Source of the DNA: an uncultured Chloroflexia bacterium
Lineage (GTDB): Bacteria > Chloroflexota > Limnocylindria > Limnocylindrales > CSP1-4
Assembly: GCA_963766735.1 (NCBI GenBank)
Contig: CAVYBU010000002.1
Location: 295,697 to 359,696 of the forward strand
Reading direction: 5' to 3'
Length of the DNA: 64,000 nucleotides
Part shown: positions 50,644 through 59,675 of the stretch, in pieces
Position numbering within the stretch: position 1 is the first letter of the stretch
Layout of the letters: every line of letters starts with the position of its first letter
Position numbers and translations under genes: made by a program
Notes under the pieces: generated by a model
Database searches by the model: none
What the model was told of the DNA's origin: nothing
Seen by the model: the letters and a program-made list of their open reading frames with translations, nothing else

Positions 50644-51612
50644 ATGAGCATGGTCCGGGAAGTTCGAATCGCACACCGCACGGGGTTCTGCTACGGCGTC
50701 CGCGAAGCCATCGACAAGGCGAAGGAGTCGGCGGCGGCGGGCAAGGCGACGCACACCCTCGGCCAGGTCGTGCACAACGAGGGCGTCATCCGGAACCTGC
50801 AGCAGTCCGGCGTCGAGAGCGTGGACACTCTCGACCAGGTGGCGCACGGGGCCGCCGTCGTCATCCGCGCCCACGGCGTCAAGCCCGAGGTGTTTGATCG
50901 GGCGGAGGCGCGTGGGCTTGACGTCATCGACGGCACCTGCACCTGGGTCATCCAGGAACAGCGCCAGATGCAGGCGCTGGTGGACGAGGGCTACACCATC
51001 GTGCTCCTCGGCACCCCCAGGCACCCGGAGGTCGTCGGCCTGCTCGGCTTCGCTCCGGACGCGATCGTGGTGGACGAGGAGGAGGACTGGCACCGGATCC
51101 CGCGCCGCAAGCGGATGGCCTTGATCACTCAGTCCACACAGCCGCCCTGGAAGTTCGAGAAGCTCGCCGCGTACATGGTGTCCCTCGCCCACGAGCTCAA
51201 GATCGTGAACACCGTCTGTCCGGTGACCATCCGGCGGCAGGAGGACTCCCTGGAGACGGCTCGTCAGGTTGACCTGATGGTCGTGGTGGGAGGCCGGCAC
51301 TCGGCCAACACCAAGGAGCTGACCCGCCTGTGCGCGATGGCCGGGACCCCGGTGTTCCAGATCGAGAACGCCCGGGATCTCGTTGACGAGGCGCCGTTCG
51401 AGGGCGTCACCGTCGTCGGCGTGACGGGCGGGACCTCCACCCCGATCGAGGATCTGCGGGACGTGGCGGAGCGCATCTTCGCGATCGCCGGCGCGCCGGA
51501 CAGGCGGGACCGCGCCGCGGAGCTCGCCCGCGAGGCGCTCGGCGCCGCAGCCACCCCCGCGGGGCGGACGACCTCCCTGCCGACCTACCCCATCCACGCC
51601 GGCGCGGCCTGA
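50644..51612 (+). CDS. ispH: 4-hydroxy-3-methylbut-2-enyl diphosphate reductase
   Basis: GFCYGV, VHN, RAHG, DGTC, HPEV, NTVC.VT.RRQ, GGRHSANT, GVTGGTSTP. Confidence 0.95.
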   Translation: MSMVREVRIAHRTGFCYGVREAIDKAKESAAAGKATHTLGQVVHNEGVIRNLQQSGVESVDTLDQVAHGAAVVIRAHGVKPEVFDRAEARGLDVIDGTCTWVIQEQRQMQALVDEGYTIVLLGTPRHPEVVGLLGFAPDAIVVDEEEDWHRIPRRKRMALITQSTQPPWKFEKLAAYMVSLAHELKIVNTVCPVTIRRQEDSLETARQVDLMVVVGGRHSANTKELTRLCAMAGTPVFQIENARDLVDEAPFEGVTVVGVTGGTSTPIEDLRDVAERIFAIAGAPDRRDRAAELAREALGAAATPAGRTTSLPTYPIHAGAA

Positions 51613-51616
51613 TCCC

Positions 51617-53203
51617 GTGACCGCCCGATCGGCCGGCCTCCCGGTTGTCGCCCTCGTCGGGCGCCCCAACGTCGGCAAGAGCACGCTGTTCAACCGCGTG
51701 GTCGGAGACGACCGTGCGGCTATCGTCGAGGACCGGGCCCGGACCACCCGAGACCGCCTCTACGGCCACGCCGAGTGGAACGGGCGCCGGTTCGTGGTCG
51801 TGGACACCGGCGGGCTGGAGATCGCCCCCGGCGATGCGATCGAGGAGCAGGTCCAGATCCAGGCCCGCCTGGCCATCAACGAGGCGGACGTGATCGTGTT
51901 CCTGGTGGACGCGGCGGTAGGCCCAACCCCCGCGGACCAGGACGCTGCCCAGCTTCTGCGCCGCACAACCAAGCCCGTGCTGGTCGCGGCCAACAAGGCG
52001 GACAACGAGCGGCGGGAGCGGGACGCCACGGAGTTCTACGCCTTCGGCTGGGAGGACACCTTCGCGATCTCGGCCAACCACGGGCGCGGGGTCGGTGACC
52101 TGCTGGACGCCGTGGTGTGGGCGATGCCGCCGGAGAGCGAGCAGGAGGTTGCTCGAAAGGCACGCGAGGAGGAGGCCGAGGCCTGGGCCAGGGAGATGGC
52201 CCGCGCGAAGCCGTCCCCATACGTGGTGGGTGATCCCAGCAACGCCGATGACGGGGACGAGGACGCCGACGGGGCGGACGCCGATGCAGCCGGTGAACCG
52301 GGAACAGTGGGCGACGTGTCGGCTCGCTGGGACGCCGCGATGGCCGCCGACGACGACGAGCCGCCCGCGATCGCCTTCGTGGGCCGCCCGAACGTGGGCA
52401 AGTCCAGCCTGCTCAATGCCCTGCTCGGTGACAACCGGATGATCGTGTCGGAGACCCCGGGCACCACCCGGGACGCGATCGACACGACGATCCCGTGGGG
52501 CCGGAGCGAGATTGTCCTGATCGACACCGCCGGCATCAAGAAACGCGGCAAGGTGGCGTCGGGGCCCGCTGCCGAGAAGTACTCCACGATGCGCGCCCTC
52601 AAGGCGATCTCCCGCGCGGACGTCGCGATCCTGCTCCTGGACGCCCAGGACGGGCTGACGGCCCAGGACGCCCACGTGGCCGGCTACGTCGTGGAGGAAG
52701 GGCGCGGCCTCATCATCGCGGTCAACAAGTGGGACATCGTCGAGGACAAGACCCACAAGAGCTTCGACGAGTTCGTGACCACGCTCCGCCGCGAGCTGCC
52801 GTTCATCGACTACGCACCGGTCGTCTCGATCAGCGCGAAGACCGGGCAGCGCGTCCAGCGCGTGCTGGAGCTGGCGGTGGACGTCTGGGGCGAGCGCCGC
52901 AAGCGCATCGGCACCGGGGAGCTCAACCGTCTCATCGCGACATCCGTGGAACGCAATCCGCCGGCCATCGTCAAGGGCAAGCGCGCCAAGATCCGGTATG
53001 CGACCCAGGCCGCCGTGGCGCCGCCCACGTTCGTGCTGTTCGCCACGGACCCCACGTCGATCCACTTCTCGTACCGGCGGTACCTGGAGAACCGGATCCG
53101 GGAAGCCTATGGCTTTGACGGCACCCCGATCCGTCTCGTCTTCCGGGAGCAGGTCCGAGAGCATCGCCCGAAGGGGCGCGCGGCGAAGGCCCGGCGCAAC
53201 TGA
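51617..53203 (+). CDS. der: Ribosome biogenesis GTPase Der (EngA)
   Basis: Two GRPNVGKS G-domains (DTGG and NKAD; DTAG and NKWD) and a KH-like tail YRRYLENRIRE.YGF.GTPI. Confidence 0.96.
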   Translation: MTARSAGLPVVALVGRPNVGKSTLFNRVVGDDRAAIVEDRARTTRDRLYGHAEWNGRRFVVVDTGGLEIAPGDAIEEQVQIQARLAINEADVIVFLVDAAVGPTPADQDAAQLLRRTTKPVLVAANKADNERRERDATEFYAFGWEDTFAISANHGRGVGDLLDAVVWAMPPESEQEVARKAREEEAEAWAREMARAKPSPYVVGDPSNADDGDEDADGADADAAGEPGTVGDVSARWDAAMAADDDEPPAIAFVGRPNVGKSSLLNALLGDNRMIVSETPGTTRDAIDTTIPWGRSEIVLIDTAGIKKRGKVASGPAAEKYSTMRALKAISRADVAILLLDAQDGLTAQDAHVAGYVVEEGRGLIIAVNKWDIVEDKTHKSFDEFVTTLRRELPFIDYAPVVSISAKTGQRVQRVLELAVDVWGERRKRIGTGELNRLIATSVERNPPAIVKGKRAKIRYATQAAVAPPTFVLFATDPTSIHFSYRRYLENRIREAYGFDGTPIRLVFREQVREHRPKGRAAKARRN

Positions 53204-54390
53204 TGGGCGGGGCAGGGGAGGACGCCACCGGCGGTCCAGCGCCCGGCCCAGGGACGGAGGGAGCGCCCGCGCGCGTCGCGGTGATCGGGTCCGGTGCCTG
53301 GGGCACCACGCTGGCGGCGATCATCGCCCAGCGGGAGCCCGTGACGCTCATCTGCCATTCCGCGGAGACCGCGGCCCGCATCCAGGCCGAGCGCAGACAC
53401 GAGCGCCGCCTCCCCGGCATCGACCTGCCCGCGGACCTTCGCGCCACGGCCGATCCCGCCGACCTGGCGGACGCCGCCGACCTGGTCATCTTCGCGGTCC
53501 CGTCGACGCACCTCCGCGCGACGGTTGCCGCGGTGGCTCCCTTTGTGCCGGCTACCGCTGACCTTCTCTCGGTGGTCAAGGGCATCGAGCGCGGGACACA
53601 CCTCCGGATGAGCGACGTGATCGCGGAGGCCGGCCGGTTCGAGGCGTCGCGAATCGCCGCGCTCTCCGGCCCGAACCTGGCCCTGGAGATCGCGCAGGGG
53701 TTGCCGGCATCGGCGGTCGTGGCCGCGGAGGACGAGGCGCTGGCGGAGCGGATCCAGGGGCGACTCGGGCGGCGCGAATTCCGGCTCTATGTCAACCGGG
53801 ACATCCTTGGGGTGGAGCTCTGCGGGGCGCTCAAGAACATCATTGCGATTGCGGCGGGCGCCGCGGAGCAGCTCGGGTTCGGCGACAACGGCAAGGCCGG
53901 GCTCATGACCCGCGGCCTCGCCGAGATGACCCGGGTGGGGATCGCGGCCGGTGCCAACCCGCTGACCTTTGCCGGTCTGGCCGGTATCGGAGACGTGATC
54001 GCCACCTGCGGGTCGACGCTGTCCCGGAACCACCGGCTGGGCATGGAGCTGGCGCGCGGGCGGACGTGGTCGGAGATCGAGGCATCGCTGCCCGGCGTTG
54101 CCGAGGGTGCCTACACCGTGGACGCGGCGCTCCAGCTGGCGGCGTCCCTCGGAGTTGAGATGCCGATCGCCCGCGAGGTCCACAACGCTCTGTTCGAGGG
54201 CAAGAGCGTCCAGCGCTGCCTGGTGGACCTTCTCTCGCGGGAGTCGAAGGACGAGCTGGCCGACTACGACCGCTGGGCGGCCCGGCCCGGTGGCGAGGGC
54301 ATCGGGCGCCTAGCGACCCTCGGCGACGGGCCGCATTCCCGGAACCCGCACATGTCGTCATCACGCTGCATCTGCTGGCGGCTTGCCTGA
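53203..54390 (+). CDS. gpsA: NAD(P)H-dependent glycerol-3-phosphate dehydrogenase
   Basis: GSGAWGT, KGIE, SGPNLA.E, GALKNIIAIA, GLAGIGD..TC....SRN. Confidence 0.95.
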   Translation: MGGAGEDATGGPAPGPGTEGAPARVAVIGSGAWGTTLAAIIAQREPVTLICHSAETAARIQAERRHERRLPGIDLPADLRATADPADLADAADLVIFAVPSTHLRATVAAVAPFVPATADLLSVVKGIERGTHLRMSDVIAEAGRFEASRIAALSGPNLALEIAQGLPASAVVAAEDEALAERIQGRLGRREFRLYVNRDILGVELCGALKNIIAIAAGAAEQLGFGDNGKAGLMTRGLAEMTRVGIAAGANPLTFAGLAGIGDVIATCGSTLSRNHRLGMELARGRTWSEIEASLPGVAEGAYTVDAALQLAASLGVEMPIAREVHNALFEGKSVQRCLVDLLSRESKDELADYDRWAARPGGEGIGRLATLGDGPHSRNPHMSSSRCICWRLA

Positions 54391-54488
54391 GCCTCGGCGC
54401 CGGATCCGGTTCAGGCCCTCTCTGCAGCCGCACCTGGGCGATCGCGCACTGCCGCGGGTCCGGGCGCGGATGGTAGACTCGTCGCCCT

Positions 54489-54565
54489 CGGGGCGTGGCG
54501 CAGCCTGGTAGCGCACCTGAATGGGGTTCAGGAGGTCGAGCGTTCGAATCGCTCCGCCCCGACCA
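54489..54565 (+). tRNA. tRNA-Pro (anticodon GGG)
   Basis: Acceptor stem CGGGGCG/CGCCCCG, anticodon stem CCTGA/TCAGG with loop ATGGGGT, T-loop TTCGAAT, encoded CCA; -10 TAGACT at 54474-54479. Confidence 0.97.
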
Positions 54566-54576
54566 CATCTCCACGC

Positions 54577-54614
54577 ACGAAAGAGGCCTCCGGAGCGATC
54601 CGGAGGCCTTTCGT
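54577..54614. terminator. Bidirectional hairpin terminator between the tRNA and the integrase
   Basis: AGGCCTCCGGA-GCGA-TCCGGAGGCCT flanked by ACGAAAG and TTCGT. Confidence 0.75.
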
Positions 54615-54622
54615 CTGGGCCT

Positions 54623-54661
54623 GTACCCCGCGCTTGTACCCCTATGCGGTTCCAGTACCCC
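54623..54661 (+). repeat. Putative integrase arm-type sites, left end
   Basis: GTACCCC at 54623, 54636 and 54655. Confidence 0.6.
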
Positions 54662-55670
54662 CGAGAACAGCGTCCATCCGATCGGCCGTCCGCTGGGCCA
54701 TAGCCTTCGTGAACGTTCCGTAGACGTCTGCCGTGGTCGAGATGTTCGAGTGCCCTAGGGCCCTGCTGACCTCGAACAGCTCTGCGCCAGCTTCGAGCTG
54801 CAGCGTCGCGAAGGCGTGCCGCAGATCGTGGAACCGCTGCCGGGGCAGCCCGGCCCGACGGAGGACCTCCCGCAAGTCCGCGGTTACGTTCGGCCCGTCG
54901 AGGGGGCCACCGTTCGCCCGGTTGCCGAAGACGAAGCCTCTGGCGTCCCAGATCTTGGCATCCACCCGGGCTGCCGCCTGAGTCCGCTCGTGGCGACGAA
55001 GGACACCAACCACGGCAAGCGGGAGGCCGAGAGTTCGCTTCGAGCGGTCGGTCCTGGGCTCTGCCAGCCGATCCGTGCCGCGTTCGAGGGTGTGCCGGAT
55101 CGTGGCGGTGGCGGCGTCGAGGTCCACGTCGGACCACCGAAGCGCGAGGAGCTCGCCTTGGCGCATCCCCGTCCCCAGCGCCGTCAGGAACAGCGGCTCC
55201 AGCCGGTGGTCGGCTATCGCCCGCCGGATGTCGCCGACCTGAGCGGCCGTCAGCGGGACTAGGGTGATGTTCGCCTTCGAGGGCGGATCCACCAGCACCG
55301 CGACGTTGCGCAGGATCCGGCCCTGCTTCACTGCTCGGCCGAACGCGATCCGCAGGACCGCGTACGCCGCCCGTACGGTCGTGGGCGAGAGGGTGCCGCG
55401 AGCCATGAGGGAGTCGAGCAACTTCTGGACGTCCTCCGGCGAGACCTTCGCCAAGAGCACCCGACCGAGGGCAGGGCGGGGGAGGTAGGCGCCAGGTGTG
55501 CCGTCCTTGTTCTTGGCCCGTGGCGCGATGTAGTGGTCGACGATGCTCCGGTAGCTTTCCACCGTCCGCGGCCGGCAACGGGTCATGACGCGTCCAGCGA
55601 GCCACTCGTCGAGGTACTCGCCGATGGTGCCCTTGGTGGTCGGTGCGACGACGCCCGCGGCAGCGTCGTC
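54642..55670 (-). pseudogene. Phage/ICE-type tyrosine integrase, 5'-truncated
   Basis: TIGEYLDEWL..RPRTVESYRSIVDHYI, GMRQGELLALRW.DVD, RFHDLRH, LGHS..TT.DVY. The frame is closed by TGA at 55671-55673 with no start upstream of ATG 55586. EPRT (AGG codon) replaces the usual EPKT. Confidence 0.8.
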
Positions 55671-55880
55671 TCAGGAGACGAGGCCAAGCGGATCGTCACC
55701 TGGTGGCTGTGCCCGTGCCACCGCGACTGGGGCGCCGGGCAGCGGGGCCGGGCTCCCACGCTGTAGAAGGGACGCGACGGGCGGGACCGGAGCCGGTTCG
55801 ACGGCGCCAGGCGCACTGGCACTTCCATGCTCCGGGGGGCCGCACTAGCATCGTCGCGCAGACTCCACAGTGGAGAGGCA

Positions 55881-57056
55881 ATGAGGACCTTCTACCGCAT
55901 CTGCGTCAAGTTCATGGCGGTCATCTTGTTCGTCTGCGTCCTGTTCTCCGTCCGCTGGGCGGTCGCGGAAGCCCTGGCGCTGAACCCGTTGGGCGTCTTG
56001 CCGTGGATCCTCCTGGGATTGGTCCTCGGCGTCACCGGGTACGTCTTCTGGACACGGACAGACGACATCGTTCTCGACTACGCCGAGCAAGACGCGCGGA
56101 GGATCGGGATGTTCCTGAAGATCTCCAACGCGCTGCGCGAGGGCGTGTCTCCGCCGAGTGCCGAGCGGCCGTCGGGATCGCCCGGTTCGGAGAGTCTCCG
56201 CGCGACGGCCCAAAGCCCATCGCCATCTCTGTCCACCGTCGACCTCCACGCCCTGCATGAGCATCTGGGGGCCGCCGATTCCCGGCTGGTCCAGATCCTG
56301 GCGGAAGCAGCCGGACAACCGCTTCAGGGATGGATCGGGATCAGGGAGTGGGCGGTCGACGAGGCGGCCTGGGTCGACGGCCTTCCCGACGCGGATTGCC
56401 TCGTGACCTTCCGGCGCGAGTATCGCGACGCGACCGACACCGCGCAGGGCTTCGCTGACCAGGTGCTCGTCGCGCTCCGAGCCAACGATCCCGTCGAGCT
56501 GGAGACGCTCTCGGCGACGGCCGGCGAGATCGACGCGCGGTTCCGTGGCGCGTTCGAGACCGCACCGCTGTTTGCTGGTGCCAGTCCAGGACGAGAGAGC
56601 CGTGGTGTCGTGGACGACCAGCCGGACGACGTCGTTCGCACCTTCGCTGGGGTCTGGTTCATGGAGCAGCGGCCGCGATCGTCATTGACCGCGTTCCGGG
56701 ATCGCCGCTCGGGCACGCTGAGCATCCGCCAGGGGGTGATCAGGTTCCGAGATCGGCGGGGCGAGGTCCACATCGGCGGGATTGAGTGGGCCGGCCGGTA
56801 CATGCCGCGAGAGTGGGACCCCCGTTCCGGACAGGGTGACGACATCGTCAACGACTGGATCGAGGTCGGCTACGTGACCACCTCCGGCGACCACCTCGCC
56901 GTCTACATCGCTGATGGCGGCTGGTTCGGCTTGCATGCGATCGCCCGTCGTTGGCTGGGGCGAAAGACACAGCAAGACCTCATCCTCGAGGTCCTCCGCA
57001 ATGCCATCGGGACGTCCGGGCCGTCCCCATCGATCCCGGGCTCGCCTAGCGAGTAG
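55881..57056 (+). CDS. Hypothetical protein with two N-terminal TM segments
   Basis: GGAGAGG RBS before ATG; 391-aa ORF; no family recognised. Confidence 0.7.
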   Translation: MRTFYRICVKFMAVILFVCVLFSVRWAVAEALALNPLGVLPWILLGLVLGVTGYVFWTRTDDIVLDYAEQDARRIGMFLKISNALREGVSPPSAERPSGSPGSESLRATAQSPSPSLSTVDLHALHEHLGAADSRLVQILAEAAGQPLQGWIGIREWAVDEAAWVDGLPDADCLVTFRREYRDATDTAQGFADQVLVALRANDPVELETLSATAGEIDARFRGAFETAPLFAGASPGRESRGVVDDQPDDVVRTFAGVWFMEQRPRSSLTAFRDRRSGTLSIRQGVIRFRDRRGEVHIGGIEWAGRYMPREWDPRSGQGDDIVNDWIEVGYVTTSGDHLAVYIADGGWFGLHAIARRWLGRKTQQDLILEVLRNAIGTSGPSPSIPGSPSE

Positions 57057-57076
57057 AGGGACGAGCGACCGGGGGC
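57014..57076 (+). repeat. Bulged-hairpin repeat, degenerate copy A
   Basis: CCCATCGATCCCGGGCTCGC...GAGCGACCGGGGG aligns with copy H and overlaps the end of the upstream ORF. Confidence 0.5.
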
Positions 57077-57177
57077 AATTCGCTCTCCGTTCGAGAATCA
57101 ACCCAAAGGCGGGAGGCAATGACGCGCGGTCCAACACCCACGGCCGCCGGGACCGCGCCCGAAGGGAGGGTCAACCC

Positions 57178-57573
57178 ATGACAGGCAGAAGCCTCAGCGC
57201 GCAGCTCGCCTTGGCCTCGCTGATGTCCCTGGCCGTAGTAGACGTCTTGTTCGTGTTTCTGGTGGCCGTGGATGTCTTATCCGGAGACGAAGCCCTGGCA
57301 GCCGCGACTCCGAAGATGATCTACTTCTCCCTGATGACCGGTCTCTCTGTCTTCTCGCTTCCCCTCATGTGGTGGCGGAACAGGATCGGCTACTACCTCG
57401 CGATGGCTATCGCGGTCATCTCCCTGCTCGCCAACGCTTCCGGAATCGGGTCAGCTCTGAGTGGTGCCGTCGTCGTCGACGTCAACATCCTCTCGGGAAT
57501 TGTCGGACTGACCTTCTCGGCGATCCTTCTTGTATCTGGCGCAATCGCCTCTAGAGAGAAACCGGCCGGCTGA
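57178..57573 (+). CDS. Hypothetical membrane protein with about 4 TM segments
   Basis: GGGAGG RBS, four hydrophobic segments, visibly more AT-rich than core genes. Confidence 0.75.
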   Translation: MTGRSLSAQLALASLMSLAVVDVLFVFLVAVDVLSGDEALAAATPKMIYFSLMTGLSVFSLPLMWWRNRIGYYLAMAIAVISLLANASGIGSALSGAVVVDVNILSGIVGLTFSAILLVSGAIASREKPAG

Positions 57574-57634
57574 TCCTGCCGCCCGAGACCGCCGCGCTGG
57601 CGCTACCGGGACCGCTGACCACCAGCTCGCGTTC

Positions 57635-57691
57635 GCCCCGGCTCCGCGCGGAGCGCCCGACCTCGACGCGGGACGCCCCGGCGACCGGGGC
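57635..57691 (+). repeat. Bulged-hairpin repeat, copy B
   Basis: GCCCCGG-C-TC-C-GC-G-CGGAGCGCCCG...CGGGACGCCCCG-GC-GA-CCGGGGC followed by TTTCTT; close to copy I. Confidence 0.85.
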
Positions 57692-57742
57692 TTTCTTGTG
57701 TCTAACTTGACAGCGGCGCAAGGCCCACTCGTCGTCTCGGAG

Positions 57743-57810
57743 CCCCGGCTCCGCGCGCTCGCGTTCGATCGCGGCTCTGACCGGCCAGCTCGGCGAGCGG
57801 CGACCGGGGG
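57743..57810 (+). repeat. Bulged-hairpin repeat, copy C
   Basis: CCCCGG-C-TC-C-GC-G-CGCTCGC...GCGAGCG-GC-GA-CCGGGG; 57772-57810 matches 60675-60713 at 38/39. Confidence 0.85.
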
Positions 57811-57846
57811 GCAAGCGCCGTTGCATCGCGGGTCTATGATGCCCCC

Positions 57847-58113
57847 ATGGACGGCGAGCCCACACCGGCCTGGTGGCCGACAAGGATTCTGCTTGCGATC
57901 GGCATCGGCGCGGTCCTGGTCCCGGTGTTCCTGCTGGTCGCCACGCCCACGGGCTCTAGCCCCATGTTTGGTCCCCCGCCCGGCTTCAGGGCGGCCGTCA
58001 GCTTCGTCACGGTCGCCGGGTACCTCGGCATGCTCGTCGGGCTCGCCTGGATGATCCGCATCTTCCGCGGCCCGCGTGACGAGCCGCCGCCCTGGCGCTA
58101 CCGGGACCGCTGA
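57847..58113 (+). CDS. Small 2-TM protein ending RGPRDEPPPWRYRDR
   Basis: TATGAT 6 nt before ATG; two hydrophobic segments. Confidence 0.75.
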   Translation: MDGEPTPAWWPTRILLAIGIGAVLVPVFLLVATPTGSSPMFGPPPGFRAAVSFVTVAGYLGMLVGLAWMIRIFRGPRDEPPPWRYRDR

Positions 58114-58307
58114 TCCGCGCCTGACCGATCGGCAGGGCAAGTGGGCGACGGGTGAGACGTTCGGTTCTGGTGTAACGGGACGCGTGGGTGCAACGTCTCC
58201 ACGTCAGCGGGAGGCTCTGACGCGCGGTCCATCACCCTGGCCGCCGGGACCGCGCCGAGCCACTGGCGAGACCGACCCGCGATCCGGCGTCCCGAGGGGA
58301 GCGTGGC

Positions 58308-58841
58308 ATGAACGACCACGGGACGGCCAGCGCGTCTCTTGTCCTGATCGTGATCGCGATCCTTGCTGGGTGTGGCGGGGCTGGGAGCTCTGTCGCTCTC
58401 CAGTCGCCGACTGCACTCCCTTCTGCCGCAAGTCTTCTGCCGTCCCCTTCGTCGAGCCCCGTGTATGACGGCCCGGACGAGGTCGCCGTCGGGCAATGCT
58501 TCGACATGATCCTCGACAAGGATGACGCCGGTTTCCTGGCCGCGGCGATAGGGTCGTGCGATGTGCCCCATCAAGCCGAGCTGGTCGGGAGGTTTCAGCT
58601 GCCCGACCCAATCGACGCGCCCTATCCGGGTGACTCATCGATCAACAAGGCGTCGGAGGATCGCTGCCGGTCAGCGTTCGGCGAGTACGTCGGCGTTGAC
58701 TACGATGACTCTGGCCTTCAGCTCACCTACTACACGCCAACCGAACTCATCTGGGTTGGTGGCGACCGGTTGGTTCAATGCATTGTCGAGGGAACCTCGG
58801 CCAACCCGTTGAACAAGTCCGTGAAGGGGCTGCGCGAGTAG
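58308..58841 (+). CDS. Lipoprotein with a septum-formation-like Cys domain
   Basis: LAGC lipobox; VGQCFD..CDVPHQAE..YPG..C...F..YVG..PT...W..GDR.V.C pattern. Confidence 0.8.
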   Translation: MNDHGTASASLVLIVIAILAGCGGAGSSVALQSPTALPSAASLLPSPSSSPVYDGPDEVAVGQCFDMILDKDDAGFLAAAIGSCDVPHQAELVGRFQLPDPIDAPYPGDSSINKASEDRCRSAFGEYVGVDYDDSGLQLTYYTPTELIWVGGDRLVQCIVEGTSANPLNKSVKGLRE

Positions 58842-58849
58842 GCGCTTCG

Positions 58850-58886
58850 CGGCTCCGCACCTGGCGGTCACCTGCGCTGGGCGTCC
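58850..58886 (+). repeat. Bulged-hairpin repeat, degenerate copy D
   Basis: CGGCTCCGCACC...GGGCGTCC lies between two ORFs. Confidence 0.45.
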
Positions 58887-58900
58887 CAAGGAGAGGACCG

Positions 58901-59407
58901 ATGCGTCGGGTGCTAGGACTCCTTGCCGCGATCGTGCTCGCGGGTTCGCTCGCCACGTCGAGCGCCGCCGCCGAGCCGGTTGGCCAGCCGGACTCGTTCG
59001 TGGGCAGGTTCGACATTCTGAATAGCAGCGGCGACGTGGTCGCCAACATCAACGCCGAGGTGCGACGACCGGACGACCAGCACCGGGTTCCGGGCCGCTT
59101 CGATCTCTACGGGCCCACCAGCGAGGTCCATGTCTGGTTCGGCACCGTGGGCTTCTGGTATGACGCCAACCACGAGGGCGGATCGAACGTCGTACTCGCC
59201 GAGGGTGCTGGCTGTCGGTACGGCTACAACGGCGACATCTACTGCGGCGCATACGCGCAGATGTTCATCGACGTCCTGGACCCAGCCAAGCCCGATCAGA
59301 ATGCGTTCGCTACCGTGCGCGACGACAACGGCGAGTGGATCTTCACCGAGAACCACTGGTACGACGTCGGCAACGGCAGCTTCGTCCTCCACTACAACGA
59401 GGGCTGA
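58901..59407 (+). CDS. Secreted hypothetical protein
   Basis: AAGGAGAGG RBS, signal peptide MRRVLGLLAAIVLAGSLATSSAAA, beta-rich body with a Cys pair. Confidence 0.78.
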   Translation: MRRVLGLLAAIVLAGSLATSSAAAEPVGQPDSFVGRFDILNSSGDVVANINAEVRRPDDQHRVPGRFDLYGPTSEVHVWFGTVGFWYDANHEGGSNVVLAEGAGCRYGYNGDIYCGAYAQMFIDVLDPAKPDQNAFATVRDDNGEWIFTENHWYDVGNGSFVLHYNEG

Positions 59408-59534
59408 CGTAGCAGCCGCCCGCAATCCCAGGCGAGAGGTCGAAGAGGACCGGGCTATCGGGCTGGCGCGCAGTTTCGGCCGCGGTTGACCCACATATGC
59501 GGCACGCAGACGGCCACCGCCACCATCGGCGCGG

Positions 59535-59590
59535 CCCCCGGCTCCGCACCGCGCGTGATCCATCGGCAGGGCCGGCGGGCGACCGAGCGG
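59535..59590 (+). repeat. Bulged-hairpin repeat, copy E
   Basis: CCCCCGG-C-TC-C-GC-A-CCGC...GCGG-GC-GA-CCG; the inner stem differs from B and C but still pairs. Confidence 0.75.
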
Positions 59591-59675
59591 CAGCGGTAGC
59601 CGGTTCGGCGTCAGGTAGGGAGAGGCCCGCCCTCGCGGGACGGGCCTCCGTTGCCAGAACTGCGGTTTCGGGACG

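Noticed and set aside
58213-58261. Hairpin GGCTC..GCGCGGTCC/GGACCGCGC..GAGCC as another copy of the repeat family
   Set aside because: It is a real stem between ORFs but lacks the GCGACCGG right arm and the bulge pattern.
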